Shown here piece after piece: positions 1 to 15,000 of a stretch of DNA of 64,000 bases. Position numbers and translations under genes: made by a program. The DNA is from Amoebophrya sp. A120 (taxonomy: Eukaryota > Protista > Dinoflagellata), in NCBI GenBank assembly GCA_905178155.1, contig CAJINV010000001.1, positions 10,135,432 to 10,199,431 on the forward strand, given 5' to 3'. The notes beneath the pieces are model-generated. The model was given only the letters and a program-made list of their open reading frames with translations, was not told the origin of the DNA and did not search any database. The stretch's first letter is position 1. Each line of letters begins with the position of its first letter.

Positions 1-3000
1 TCCTCCACCACGGCGTCCGCATCGAGCGAGAGGAGCTTCACGTCGAGCGCCCGCGAGCGCGCTGGCACGAAGCTGCAGAGCGTCCGGCTTCGCCGCATGG
101 CGGCAACCTACTTTTTGGAGACCGCCCGCAGTCCCAAGTGGTGCAAGCCGTTGTTCTGGGGCGCCCCGGTGGTGAACGAAATGACCGGAAGCAAACTCGA
201 GGACACCCAGGATACCAACGCTGCCTTCGCGGAGCTGCTCGGGGCCGTCGCTTTGGAGTCGGACCTGGTAACCCGAAACCTGTATTGGGCCGCTCTGAAA
301 AACGCATTCTACATGGTGCTCCAGCCCGCCGGCGACGACCCGGAAGACTGGCTAGCGCAGTACGAGTGGATTGCCAGTCTGGACGGTGATCTGAGCAAGA
401 AGTACGAGGCTAGCCTGGACCGGCTCCGCGCGAAACAACCCGGAGTGGACCAGAAGTTTGTGAATCGGTACGAACTCGCGAAGAAGCTGGAGGCAGCCCT
501 GCTTTCACTTCTGGAATTACTGGACAAACCCACGGTCGAGCGCGCGTTCAAGAAAGAGATTTTGGAGTTCGTCGAGCACATTCACGAAAAATTCAAGAAC
601 CTGTCGGATGGCTTGTGGTCAAAGTTTGCACAGTTTATCGCGGGTGCGCACACCCAGTTGGTCAGTCTGGCTGCCGACCAACGGCAGCAGGACGCAGCAA
701 AGAGCAAGCAGGAGCTGCGCAAGTTGTTTCGCGAAGTTCAGCAGGAGAGCATGCTCTTCGGTGAGGGTAGCGCTGCAGTTCAGCAGATGGATGTAGACGC
801 TGGATTTGCGGGTGCAGACGATGTGGAAGCAGATGAGAAAAGGCGGAATACAAGACGCAAAAGTCAGGCAAAGACCAAGACGCGCAAGACGCGGCAAGAC
901 CGGGAAGCCCGCATGGCGGGATCCGCGGTGCTGGACCAGGGCGACGAAGCGACGCAGCGTGCTCTTGACCGGTACACCGGTCGCTTTACACAGCAAAGGG
1001 CGGACGACACTTTTGTGGTGCAAGAGAAGCCGAACGTGGACAGCTCCGTGGTGGATGCTGCAGACTGGAGTCTGCTCTTTCTGCTCCGCAACGCACACGA
1101 ACAACGCCACAGCGCACTGGAGAGCGTCCGCACGCTGCAGGTTGGCAAGTACCAGGAGGAGCCGCTGCGCAACTTTTGGGATGCGCTGTATCGGGACTCG
1201 TACGTGGGCGAAGGAGCGGACAACACGAGTGGCGGCGACTATTCGACCTTGCTTCACCAGTCAAAAAACCGCTGGAAGAGCGTCACCACGCCTCGACGCC
1301 TGCAGACGTTGCTGCAAATGTTCGAGCCGTTACTGGTGCGTCTCCAAGATGACCGAATGCTGGTGTATGGGACGGATATGGAGGATACCGTTGTGCAACG
1401 CGCGTCTTCAGCGGCGGCCTCCGACGAGGAGAAAAACACTCAGTCACAAAGCAGAAGAGCCACGGGGGGAAAAGCGTCGGCCAAGCCGGCAGGCAAAGCT
1501 GCAGGAGCGCGAGACGAGCAGAGAAAGGACGACGAGAACAAGTCGCTGCTTCCCATTGAGAGCTACGATGGTCGTGAGTCTCCCGGGCAGAGCAGCGCGG
1601 GGAAATTCTGGAACGCGGCGGACGAGGGGCTCACAGCGGGCCGCTTCGCCGGAAGCCGGAAACCTTTCTCTGTTTTGATCGCCCGGCTGTACGCCGGACT
1701 AGCCCAAGCGCAGTGGCAGCTGGCAGACCAGACGCGCGTGGTTGTGCCTAAGTTGCGCGCCATGTGCGACCGAGTGGTGACCGCGAAAGACGAAAAACGC
1801 GCGGCGCCGGACGACGAAGCTGTTTTCAAATGGTGCCGGAAAATGAAGTTCATCACGGGCGTTATCTCTGCTGGAAAACCCGAAAGCGAGTTACCCGTCG
1901 CGGAACGCGATCGGGTGCTGCTTCAGAAGGTGCAGTTCACGGACTTTGAGCTGTCCCCAGCAGTGCTGGGCATGTTCCATTCGGTTCTCAAGTCCGGTAG
2001 TCAGTGGACCGAGTCGCGCGTGTGGGAGCTACCAGAAGCACTCGCCACGGTGTTGCGCCCACGCCGAGATGTTGGCCACAGCAGTGGAAAGAGTGGCGAT
2101 AACGTTGCCGCTTCCGCCGAGAAGCTCGCGGAACTAATCTACCGAGAGCCTCTAGCCGCCCCGTTCCCGCGCCCGAAGCCCGTGATTATGAGCATCCTGC
2201 GGTTGCTGAACCTGCACCTCTGGGGTGGCAACAGAAGGACCAACCAAATTCCTCCGGCGTTGACCGTGACGTTGTCTGAGTACTCCCTGGGCATGACCGT
2301 GCTACCGAATGCGGGTCGGATTTTGTACGACATGGTATCGCCGCAAATCCAGAAGCTTCTGGACAAAGCAAATGCGCTGAGAAACGAGCTAGCCACCGAG
2401 GTTGCAACCTACGAGGCACGCAAAAATGCTGCCCCGCCGAGCTCTTCACCACGTGAGGCTGGAGCCAGCGTAAGCGGGTCGCCGTCCGCGAGAACAAAAG
2501 ATCGAAAAACCGAAGGCAGTCGCAAGATTCTGAAGCTCGTCGGAGAACTGGGGCTGGTCCGGGAAAAGCGCCAGAAGCTCGAACACGTGGTCGCGAATCG
2601 CATGGCCGTCGTGTCGCGCGACTGGTCCACGTTGGCGACCAGTCGGAAAGCACGGCTTCCGGAAAATCCGTCCGTCGGCTTGTGGCATGTGAATGTGTTC
2701 GCGCGCGTTACCAACATCCAGATCTACAGCGTCATGTCGCTTCTCGGGGCCCTGGACAGTTTGGGGCGACACCTGGCTGCAACGGCGCATAGCACCACCA
2801 CCGTGGAGGATGCGCTGGCGTGGGCGAGGTTCTGCAGCTGGCAGGCCCAGTTGTTCCCAGCGCAGGTACAGGACGAGAGTTGTGGAGGAACTCTGGCCAC
2901 CGGGCCGCCGGCAATGTTCAACGCACAAGGGGCTAGTAGCTTGATGCAACAGATGAAACCAAATCAAGACAGCAGTGAAACTCCTGAAATCGACGGCGCG

Positions 3001-6000
3001 TCATCTGCTCCCGTGCAGCTTGGGGGTGCGAAATACAAACTGCGAGGGCAAGAGGACCATGAGTTCTTCTGGACGCGCGTTGCTGCGACGCCGGACGAGG
3101 AAACGCAGATGCGAACCCGGTTATTGCGGGGTTACCTGGAACTGCTGACGCGTGAGGGCGGTGGAGGTGTGGGCTTTGCGGCTCTGCCGATGTTTCTCTA
3201 CCAAAGCCTGGAAAAGATTCGGGAAGCACAGAATGCCAGGCAAGACCACCGAACGAGCGCCGTGGCTGCGGTGGAAAATCATGGAAATCAAGATGAGGCA
3301 AACCGCAAGGCCCAAGAAGCCGTTTCTACGCGGGAGAAGAGCAAAGGCGCCATGGAGGTGGACGACGGGTTTGTCGATGCGGGCGGAGCAGCGGCGGTTG
3401 AGGCGGAGGCTGCTGCGCGTGCCGAAGAGCAAAAGGAGGGTTTTTTCGGCGGGATGGTGACAGGAGCGCGGGAGTATTTTAATTTAGACGAGGGGCAACA
3501 AGCGGAGGCTGCGATGGATGTGGACGAAGAAGAGGACGATGCACAAGAAAACGCTGCTGACGGCAGCCCTGGAAGCCGTGACTCGAAAGTCAAGAAAACA
3601 ACCATCACGCTGAAGTCGACCGACGGAAATCAGGCTCCGGGAGATAGCAAGACCGAGGAGGAGGCTGAGCAAGCACAAGTCGGAAAACACCCCCGCTTCG
3701 AGCTGTTTCCGTTGTTCCGCGTGATGCTGCTAGGCCTACCTGACGAAAGCACGGTGCTGGACGCGTTTCTGCAAGACGCGAAGGGAGTCGAGGTTGCGGT
3801 ACGAAAAGAGGCGTTTGGGGGATCTTCAGAGAGTGATTTAGGGGAGGACGATCTAACCTCAGAAATTGATCTTCTGGGATCTTCGGCGGTGGCCTACACG
3901 TCTGTCTCGCCGCTCTTCGTCAAAACCGAGGAAACGCGACACCGGGCCATTGCGCGCACGCGCGAGTCTGCAGCTGGCCGTCCCCTGACCGATACCGAAT
4001 TGCGGTCGCTGAGTGTCAGTAGCGTTCTGGCCGCGGCGCTGCAACAGGACGTCCTCCAGAACTTGATCGCTCGAGAGGCTGCCCGCAAGTTGCAGCAGTT
4101 TCAGCAGGTCGCCAACCGCGCATATCGCTTGGCGCAACGCAAAACAGACGTCGTCGAGGCGGTGCAATTCGACGCGGAACACACTTGGTTTGCTCAGGTA
4201 GAAATGGACGGATTGAAGAAGTTTCCGGAAGCGGCCGCGATCCTCAGCGCTGCCAACCTCGACGTTGCGGACGGTTCTCCACAGGGGGGACAGCTGGTGC
4301 TCGTGCACGACCTGCCGCGGTTTGCGCAGCGCGCGGCTGCGGTCGGCCTGCTGCGAAAAGTGGACCAGGTTTTTGGAAGCAAAACTAAAGACGAACTTCG
4401 AGAGGGCGCGCTGCGGCCTGAAGACGACGAGCTGGAGTCGGAGGAGGACCAGCAGCAGAAGGTGTTCCACGATATGATGGCGTCGATCGCGTTACCGCGA
4501 AATGCCGAGCTCGCGACCCAGTACCCGGTGCTGGCCCCGTCTTTGCGGGCCTTTCCGCTGAACAGCCTTTTGCCGTCTACACTGCAGATTTTCACAGCCA
4601 TGCTCGACCGGGGGGCGCAGTTGGAAGGCGGAGGCGCGGCAAAAATGGTGGACAAGATCTCGATCCTCTTTTCGATGGAACGCACGGTCGGAGTTTTGAA
4701 GGCACTGCGGCATCTGTTGGACCAGCACCCGGAAGCGCAGTTTTCGTCCGATATCTGGACAGTTCTGGTTCGTGCCATAAATGAGAATCGGACGGCGTTG
4801 CTGAATATGAAACTGCAGGCCGTGCAGGAATTCCTGCTTCTGATCCGCACATACATGCTGCTGGACCGACAGGATATCAAATTGGCCGCGGCAGCAGCGA
4901 CTGCAAAAAATGCGGAACTGTTTTCGACGACTGAATTTGCGCAGATGCTTCACGAACTGCCTTTCGTTGCAGGTGATCCTCACGCGGATCGACCGGAAAG
5001 CAGTCCAGGAAATGGAAAAACGACAAGCACGTGCAAGAAGCTCGGTTTGTTTCTACCGGACGTCGTTCTAAAGTTCTTGCGGGAAACCTTGCTCGAGCGC
5101 GGAACGGCCAGCAGCGACACAACAGCACCGCTCGCGCAGATTCGTCGGGCCCACCGAGACCTGGCGTTTGGCATTTTGTCCTCCTATGTGGAGTGCGGTG
5201 ACAACATTAGCGTCCCCGCGAACGTTGGCGCGGCCATCCAGTTCGAGGCCGCCGCGCGCCAACTGAAGGAGGCAGTGGAGCTGCGCGCGACTTCCTACGC
5301 ATCCAATACAGTGCTCACAGCGCAGACGCAGATGGCCTACCGTGTCGCGAAGACGACGAGCTGGACGATTTTGAAGGGGTATCTTCTAGACAAGACCAAC
5401 CCCATTCCGGATTCTGCTTTGGACGCGGTGAACGCAGTCATCGACGCCGTGGGTGCCTCCGGGCCGCAAAAAGCCTCTCCTTACGTGAGCGCAGGATCAG
5501 CAGGTGCATCGCCATCGAGCAGCCCGATCGTGCAGCCGAGTCTCGCACGCGCGAATTCGTCTGGCGGCCAGATCACGAATCAGTTTCGTAACCAGCACCA
5601 CAAATCCGATGTCCGTGCTGCCATCCACATGTTCGATCTGCTCGGGCACCTGATATCGGAGAGGCGGCAAAACATCCTTCCGCCGGCCACACTTAGCAGA
5701 ATCGCGCAAGTCTTCCACTCTCTGGCGTGGTGGGCCCGCAAGCGCATCAAGCTGGCGTGCGGCGTGAAAAAGCCCTCGGACCAGCAACCGAGTTTCCTTT
5801 CGCGCGAGACGACGTCCGGGGAACTCACCAGAGGACGAAGTCGAACGAACAAGCTGCGCGACACTTCGCCGGAGGGGTGGTCCCCGACGAAAGGAAAGGC
5901 CGGGAGTTCGCACGCAAATGCTTCGTCGACAAGCAGCTTGCGCCTGGATCTTCTCGACCGCATCACCTCGCTTCTGCTCACCATGCAAGGCAGCAACATC

Positions 6001-9000
6001 GGAGGTGCTCTGACGGACTCCCCGCTGTTGTCCGAGTTGCGCCAGGTGGCGGTTTCCTTCCTTGGCTTCACCACGACTCCTGCATCCCGAGGAGCAGGAC
6101 AAACGAAGACAGACGAGCAGCAAAGTTCTTTCCTGAACCCGGAATTGAAGCGAGCCCTCGAGACCGCAGAGTCGCAGTACAAGCCGGGAAACCAGGACCG
6201 CACCGCGCCATCTGCGAAGGAGCGTTTCCTAGGACCTGCGAAGCCGTCGCTGCAACAGCTGCAACAGTCAGAGTACATGGTCTGTCTCACCTCATTCGAT
6301 AGGTACGCGCGTCTCCGTAGTCGTGTGCTGAACGAGTTCTTTGCAGCGCGCGCCGCGCTCGCAGTCCCAGATAGCGTTCTCGACGACGACATCGCTGCCA
6401 CGCTCCTTCGCGAGCACTTGTTCCTGATACAGCATCTGGCGGGCACCTTGGACGACGGTGACGAAGAGCCGTCGGAGCAGGACGGCACGATTACGAAGAC
6501 AAGTGCAGCAAGAGGCGGGATTCAGAGCGCCGTGAGCAGTTGGCTCATGAACACAGCAGCTGCCAAAGGCGACCAGTTTCAGGAAGTCGTAAGTCGGTTC
6601 TCCGCGTTCGCACAGGGAATTTTCGGCGGCATGGCAGCACCGAGCTCGACTGAAGACGCGGATATGGCAGACGCGTCGCCTGCCACCAGTGCACATCGAT
6701 CGCCGACCCGCACCTCGTCTCTCTCGTCGAATGGCGGCACGGATCTGTCGCGACGTGTGCCGATGAACATCGCGGCCCGGTGGGAAGCCTACCGACGTCT
6801 GCGTCTGATGCGACGGGACGATACCGCCGGTGCGATGAGCCAGGCGCTCGCCGCGCTGCAGACTTTGTTACGCACCAGGCTGAGCGCGACACGTACGTCG
6901 CCGGCGTTGCTCGCCGGAGGCCTGCCCATGCCGGCCGTGGGGGAGGAGCACTATCCGACGCTGCTCTTCCGCGTGCTGCACCTCAGTTTGAAGCACGTGT
7001 CCGCACAGGAAAACGAAGTCCTGGACAAGCGCATCAGGAAAGAGGCCTTCGACCTCGTTGCGCGTGTCCTGGTGCCGGCAAAAGACCCGTCTGCAGCCGC
7101 CCGTGGTCGATCCGGACAGCCGAAAGCTGGCGTTGACGACAAAGTCTACCTGCCCTCCCTGCGTGAGCTCAGCATCATCGCGAAGTCGCTGGGCGTCCCA
7201 CTAAAGGAGACGCGGCGCCAGGGCGGGTCCGCCGAAATCGAATCGCGCATCAACCCGAAGGTGTTTCAGTCACAGCTGGAGTGGGACGCGATCAAGGACG
7301 CGTGCCGGGCTGCCTGGCTGGACCGCGCGACCGACCCGCAGCCCGGTCTCGAAACCGCGATCCTGAACGTCCACCGTGTAGCCTTCCTCCGCAAGTTTGG
7401 TTCGCAACTTCTGCACGCGGCAGAGTTTTCACGAAACCTGGACGCGGCCAACGAAGAAGGTCACGATCAAGAGGACAGCAACGCTCGGGCTAGCAGCTTC
7501 GCTGGATTCGTCGACCAGATGCGCGAACTGATTCCGAACAAAAAGTTTGTCGAGTTTTACCAGGGCGTTGCGCCGCTCCTCGTCACCGCCTCAGATGGTC
7601 CGGCAGGTGGGGGCGACGGCCCGCCCGGAAAGGCTCCAGAAGTAGAGGATGAACATACGCGGGTTGCGCGACGGGCGGCGGAGAACGATGCCCACCGAAA
7701 GTTGTGCGACCATGCGAGTAATCCACAGCACTTGAGTGCCGAACTGCTGCGAAACATTGTTTTGGCGGGTTGTCTTGAGCCGCGCGGAGGCAACATAGGA
7801 GCCACTTTGCGGACTGCGCAAGGTGGAGGTGGGAGTGATGGCGCGGTTTTGGGAGCCGGCCGATCGCTACTTCCGGATCGCCGAGCGGAGCGAGTTTTGA
7901 AGCAGCTCCACGAGCGCGCCCTGGTCAATGAGGACGTGGAGCTTGCGGTGATCCTCCCGGTGCTGGAATACATGGGATCTTCTGGAAGCCCAGCGGGAAC
8001 TGCCGATGCGCCACCCAAACCTGCAGCGAGCAATCTGCTTGTTGTCCTTCCCCTGTATTGGCTCAAACGCATCGCTTTTCTGTATGCGACTACGCGAAGT
8101 ATCGCGATGGACCAGCAAGACGAAACCTCCGCTGCCACCTTGAAGAACTTCGTGAAGCGCCTGCGCAACTTGTTCGAGGCGCAGATCGTGTTACAAGTGT
8201 TTGCGTCGCGGCACGAGGGAGAACCGGAGAAAAGGAAGCTGGCCTTCGACGCGCTTGTCGAATTGCTGCAAGATCCGCTGGTGAAGCAAACGATTACAAC
8301 CTTTGTCGACGAGAACGACGAGGACCTACTCCCAGAACGAGAGTTCCAGGCTGAAGGAACACCTGACAAACAGAAAGTCCCGGCCGCGTCGCTGGTCGCG
8401 AAGATTTTAGCGTTGGTCTGGCGACTAGATTTGATGTCCGGCGTTGCGGCGGGTGACGACGAAGAGAAGAACAGAAAGGACTTCCATGAATTCCGCCGCG
8501 CGGTACAAGCGCAGGTAGAACCCCGCATCGTGAACGCGCTTTTTGGTCGGGACGTTAGCAGCTTCACTGCGGCGGGAAAGCGCTCGGCGTACTTCGGTTC
8601 TGGTGAAGTTGACGAGCTTCTCACCGCCTGTGCGAACATCAAGTCCTATGCGAAATCGCTGAAAACGGTTCCAACGCGGTTTGAAGTGGAGACCCTGGTT
8701 GCACGGGGTGTGGACCAACTGGCCGAGTTTTTCGGCAGTGCTGGCCTCAAGCGCACGAGCGAGATCCAGGACGTGTATTCGAAGATCGTTCTGCGGGAGC
8801 ACAACGTCGCCTGGATTCCGCAGTCGGATGCGCGGGTCGCACTAGATCATCTGTTTTCCGTCCTGCTTGCCACGGCGGATCTGGTCATCACCGCTTCCGA
8901 AAGCTCGGCGTTGCGCAACGCCCTGATGGATTACGGCGCCGAGTCGAGTGTCCTGAATCCGGCGCTGGACCGCCCGGACCGAGCCGCCGCGGTGGCGGGA

Positions 9001-12000
9001 ATTCTTCCGACCCTCGGCCTCTCGCAGTCGCTACACAAGCGGCTCACCGACGTTTTGCTTGCTGGAATGTCCGTGTTCGTGCGCGCCTGGAGCAAAGACG
9101 TGCTCTACGCCAACGCGGACTTACCGCGTGAAGACTGGCACAAGGTGGTGGCCGCGGATGACAAAGAGGACCCCGATCTTCTTCGCCGGCAGACGAATGC
9201 CCAGCTTACTGCGCAGATGCGCGAGGTTGCAAAAACAGAGCAGATGTTGCGCAAATTTGCCGGTTTGTCGAAGAAGCATGTAGACAAAAACAGCAGAGCA
9301 AAGCGAAAAGAAGATGATGAACAAGAACCCACGTCGCAAGTCGAAACCGACACTATGATCGCGACCACCACTTCTCTTTCCCTCACACCTGCGGAAGCGA
9401 AAAAACTTGACGAGGAAGTCGATCGGCGAGCCAGCGAGCGCCAAATCCTGAGCGAACCACCACTGCGAAACACGAAGAACGGGCTGTTTGACGCGGTTGC
9501 ACACCAATTAGAGACCTACCATCCGGAGTTGGTGCGCGCAGCGTTGACACAAAACAGCGTGTGGGTCCACCGCAACTTGGCCGCCACGGATGCACTAGCC
9601 CATGGAGGCAGAGAAGAGAAGAATGAAGAAGAGGTCTCCTCACAGGGGGCGCAAAATTCAGAAGCAGATTCTTCCACGTCCGCATCGGAGCACGTCAACA
9701 CTTCCCGCGTTTCGGACCCCACGAAGCTCACCGGAACGATGCTGCGAGAGCAGGTCTTCACTGTCATGCGCGCGCTAAGGCACAGCCTGTTCGGCCCTCT
9801 CCTCGGCTTTGCCTACGAGTACGATGCGAGGCGAGGCAAGTTTACGGAGATGTTTGTGGGCGAGACGCAGTACAGCTCGGCCTTCCTCGAGTACTGGCGC
9901 ACACTGTACAGTGGGACGCTGTTCCAGAACGCAAGTCTCCGGAACAAAGTTCTGCAGGCGGTGCAGCGAGCGCAGCAGGAAGAGAGCGGCGGCAAAGCCA
10001 CAACGGAGGAACAGCAACAGGCGCTGCTGTCCGTGGACGCGGTAATGCGGGCACGCAAGGCGCCAAGCTTCGACGCTTACTTGGACTACGTACGAAAGTT
10101 CCACGCCGAGGGCGATCTAGAAGCCCTCGCCGCAGCGGAGATTTACCGTCTTCCCATTTACCTCTACGCGGAAAATCGCAATGGAAATCCTGAGTCTAGT
10201 TCTACTAGCAAGGTCAAATTGCGCCGGGTTATCTACCCGCGCTTGCGGTTTTCAGTGGGCGACGACGAGACCCGCGAGCAAACGCGAGATCTGCTAAGTC
10301 TCTACTACAGCGACTTTCAGCGGGCGCCGTCCATCAATGGGCGCGAACACGACCAGGACAAAACCTTGGTGTACACAGCGCAAGAGGCGGAAGTTCTCGA
10401 GCGGCTCGCGGTGCCGCAGGCAGCGCTGCCAGCGCTGCCATGGCTGGAAACACTGACAGAAGAGCGTGTGACGGTCTTCGAAACCGTGGATGTTTCTTCG
10501 CAACGCATCCGCGTCAACTCTTTCTTGACGCGAGCGCGGCTGACCTTGATGGAGCATCCGGATCGCTTCGGAGATTTCGTGCAGAAGACCTTACTTCCCT
10601 TTGGGCTTTCGGTGGATAGCACCCTTGGGGCAGACGGTAACTTGAAAATCAAAAATCTGTCCTTCGACCGGTATGATGCAAACGAGGCGAAACTACTGCG
10701 CGCACTGCTGCTCCTGACAGACACCACAACGGAAGCGAGTCTGGGTGTCGCTTCGATTGCCGAAGTCCTGCCGCGGAACTTGGCGGCGCACGCAGAGGCG
10801 AAGAGGAAGAACCGCATGACGGACGATGCGGAAGTGAAGGCGGGCGCAACGATAACTCAAACGCACGCAGGTCTCCTCGGCCTGGCACCCAGTTCGGTGC
10901 CGCTCGCGGTTCGCGAACAGCTGGCGTTTCTGCCAAAGGAAGATCCAAACGAGATTCTGTTTACACTGATCCCCGGAGTGCCGGGTGCCGACAGCGGCTT
11001 GCACGCGGCCATGGGAGAGGAGGACCAGGCGACCGGAGAGATGCGGCTGCAGCCTCCGAAACCGAAATCCAAAGCAGCACAGAAGCCCAGCGCCCGATAC
11101 GCCCGAGAACGGTTCGCGCACCGCTTGCACGTTGAGACCAAAAACAAGCTAGGCCTTCTCGAACCTCTGCCGGAAGGAGCGAGTGGGGGCATTGTGGCCG
11201 ACATGACTGCAGCAGCAACCGATAAGCTAAAAGCTGTCGGCGAGGGCTTGACGAGGATTCTTGGACCGTCCCCAGAGTCCACTGACGCTGGCAAACCACC
11301 GCTGCAGCTGCACTATGGAGTTACTCAGCGAGAACTGCAGAAGCTTTCAGGAGCACCAGGCTCGTGGTATCGCCTTCTTCGACAGGTTGTCGCCGAAGTT
11401 TTGAAAACCGCTGAACCCGAGTTATCATCTACTTCGAAGGTGGGACCACATCCAGCGCGCGGCCGTAAAACCGTTCGCCGGCAGCAGGAAACGCGCATTG
11501 TGTACAGTGCCGTACTCGGAAAGATGCGCCGGCTGATTACAGAACAGGGTCTGCAAGCTGCTGCCGCCCGGAAGGGCGCCGCAAGTGAGATCGCCCCGAG
11601 CCTCCGTATCACGGAAGGGGAATTTGACAAGGCCGTGACGGATTACCGAAAATCACCGCCCGCGTTAGAAAGCCCCTCGCAGTTGGCGGACTTCTTCGCG
11701 GTTGTGTACGCAAATGCACTCGATCCTGGTGATAGGTACTCTCTGTTGCCACCGGAGCTGAGTCTCTTTGCGGTGCTTGAGGATTCCGTGGCAAAGCGTC
11801 GGCACCAACTTGAATGGGAGACCGCTTCCCCACAAATGGCAGACCGCCTACGACATGCTCCTCCACCGAAGCCGACGCAATTGGAGTTCTTCGACCTTGC
11901 TGACCTCAATTTGCAATTGCTGCAAACGCTGCAGGCACAGGCCGCCAACGGTGTACGCATTCTAACGCGAATACAGGAGCCTACCAGTGGAGACTACTTC

Positions 12001-15000
12001 TACTCGCGTGCGCAATTCAAGCGGCGGGTGGACGTCACAGCCGAGGAAGCGGAGCGGTACCAGTGGCGCGGGGTGAATGCGCGCAACAAGGTCGTTGTGT
12101 ACAGCATCGAGGTTGCAGATGCAGGCAAGTATTCGCTCACTGCACAGGACGTCACGCAGACTGCGACCTCAGTGCACGATCTGCCACTCGCGCACACGGT
12201 ACCGGACGGGCACTTTGCTGCTACTCTCGGGCAGGCACAAACCTACCTGCAAGACCGCAGTGGGGTACGAGTGAAGTACTTGTTGTACCTCGGGGAATTG
12301 CTCTCGCAGAAGTTTTGTCCACGGTCGCAGAGTCGGGACGATGCTCTTCTGGTCGTGCCACTGTATGAGAGTGCGGCGCGGCCCGACGATGCTGGCAATC
12401 AGCCCGACGATCCAATGTCTGGCAGCGCCCAACATCACGAAGAAGCAGCCTACAAGGGTATCGCTAACGTTCTGCACCGCGGGATTTCTTCGCGAGCTGC
12501 TATACGCGCAATGGAGCGCTTCTGGTGCCGCGGCGAAGCGTCCTCATCGATTCTGGATGAATCTTCCACGGTTACACGCCGCTTCATTCGCTTTGACGTT
12601 CCCGCTGTAGCAAGTTCCAGCGCGGACCCAACCGGGGAAAGCACACTGTTGCTGCACGAACCGTCAGTTCTCAGGATGGCGTTTCTGAGCAAAATTTACC
12701 AGCAGAACTTCTCCCCCCAGGCTGAACACGACCTGGACGAGGTGCTGCCTCTGTTTGTGCAACCTGAAGAGGTGGAGCCAGGCAGCAGTAGTGGAGCCGG
12801 TAAAGATTCTGTGCAGAACGCAGGAGCACAGAACAATAAAGCCAGCGGCTCAGCTTTGTACGCCGGGCTCCACACGACAAGCAGGGAGCTCGCGCTTTCC
12901 CCCGCAGTGGAAGAGGCTATGGGTGTGTTGCAGGAACAGCAGCGCCGGTTCTGGGAAGTGGAACAACAGTTGCTCCAGAACAGCCACGCGGTGCAGCTGC
13001 TGCTGCAGCGAAAGCTTGCCGCAGCACACGAGGCTGCGAAGAAGGACATCGATCAACTTGTGAAGGTCCTAGAAGAGCTGCAGAGCATTACTGGTGCGGC
13101 GCCCGACTCGGTCGTGCCGCGTAATCACCCGATCTGGGGTACTTTAAGAGGCGCCATTACATCCGGAGTTCAAGCTCTGGACGATTTGCACCGGCAGCGT
13201 CAGCTTTTTGCAGTGGATCGATCGGCGGGGGTTGGCGACTCAGTCGTGATAGCAGAGTACCATCGTGATGCAACGAATGGCGGAGGGAGTTGGCAGGGGA
13301 CGCTCGGATGGGTCCGAAAATGCACGGTTGTGATGGACGCTGCTAGCGACGGCGGCAGTAGTGCACCGGACGGGGAGTCATCTTTTGCGGACATGCTGAC
13401 GCCAGTAATCGGTTCTGTCACGATGCTTGGACAAATGGAAGCAGCCTCGAAAGCCGCACAGATCAAGGACGTCGAGAAGAAAGTCAAGCTTTCCGAGGAG
13501 AAGTTGGAGGTAAGTCGACAGATCCTCGCGACCCTCACGCCTGCTGGCGCCGCGATTCGGGAGACGCACGAGGTCCAAAGAAAAATGCTTTTCACGGAAT
13601 TTGAGCAGTCGGTCCAGGACTTTGTAGCCAATAAAATCAGAAGCACGACGAGGCAGGGTGGTGGCATCCCGCAAGGTGAGCAACCCACGGATGAGATGTG
13701 GAAGTTCGTGATGGGTTTCATTCAACCTTATGTTGCGGAACTGGGAGAGTTGGAGGAGCGGATTAAGTTCAAGTACTGGCAACAGAAAAAACCAAAAGAG
13801 GATGAAGCTGCTGCGGTGAAGCAGGAGGCTGAGAAGATACTTCAAGAAGCAACCAAGCTCAATGAAGAAATGGAAGGCAAGATTATTGAGGAAATTCGGA
13901 ACCAGCGCCTTGGCGATCCTGACGCCCCGGTGACGCCCGACGAGCGCGCAGACATTGAGACTGGACCGCACGGCGCCAGTATTCGTGCCATGAAAGAGGA
14001 GCAAAAGCAGGCGGCGCTCCGATCAGAGGCTGCGAATACAAAGCTGAAGTCGATTCAAGACGAAGTGAAGCGGATGATGGAGCAGCAGGATAGAGAAGTG
14101 AACGAAGCAAAAGCTACAAGGCATGCGCTTTTGGCTAGTGCGGAAAGGACAATCGCGAGGAGGAACGAAAATGCGAATAGGCTAGCGCAGGCACAGTGGG
14201 ACAGCATTTTGAAAACAAAAGTGACATCGGCGAAAGGAAGCGCGAAAATCAAGCAGTTTCTGACCGATCCATCGTTCGGAGGCTTGCTCGAGGCGCCGAT
14301 CTTTTCGACAGGACGCGTTGCGGTAGAAGGGGACCCGGACATCGCAAATCTCATCTCGAAGATGAACACGGCGCTGACCGTGCAAAATATCCAGCAAAAG
14401 GACGAGCACGAGCGCGCGCTAGATGACTTTAGTACAAAGCTTTCGACCGCGGTCTCGAACTACAACGCACGAGTGAAGAGAAAGGAGGAGGAGAAACGAG
14501 AGGGAATGCTGCAGGCACTGGCGCTGTTGCGAAGGGAGGAGCAGGAGCTCACAGCCAACCCATTGGAGCAGCAGTGGTCCGCAGTTCAGACCCAGCTGCG
14601 GAAGCAAGAGAAGGAGGACTATGGATTCGATGTGAAGGGGCGGTTTGTGTACAAGGAGGAGTGCCACGTAGAGGTGCGCAAAGTGTCCGCTTCACGCGTC
14701 GCCAAAGCGGCCAACAATCCCATACCGGAACAGTACGCTGGGGCCACGGAGGGGGTGAGTGGCGTGTTGGAAGATTCGGACGAGAGCGGGGAAATCCTCA
14801 TCGTGCCGTCGCAGTTGCTCAGCAAAAACAAACTGCTGCTGCGGCGACTCTGGGAGCTGCGCTTGCTGCAGCAACGCACGTTCAAAGCCAAGTCGCTGCT
14901 CCGCGACGCGCGCAGCGATATGGTGGAGTCGATGGCATTTCGCGAACGTTTCCTCGACTTGCCCGCGGACGACTTCCGGCACCGTCCGGGCGCGCTCGAG

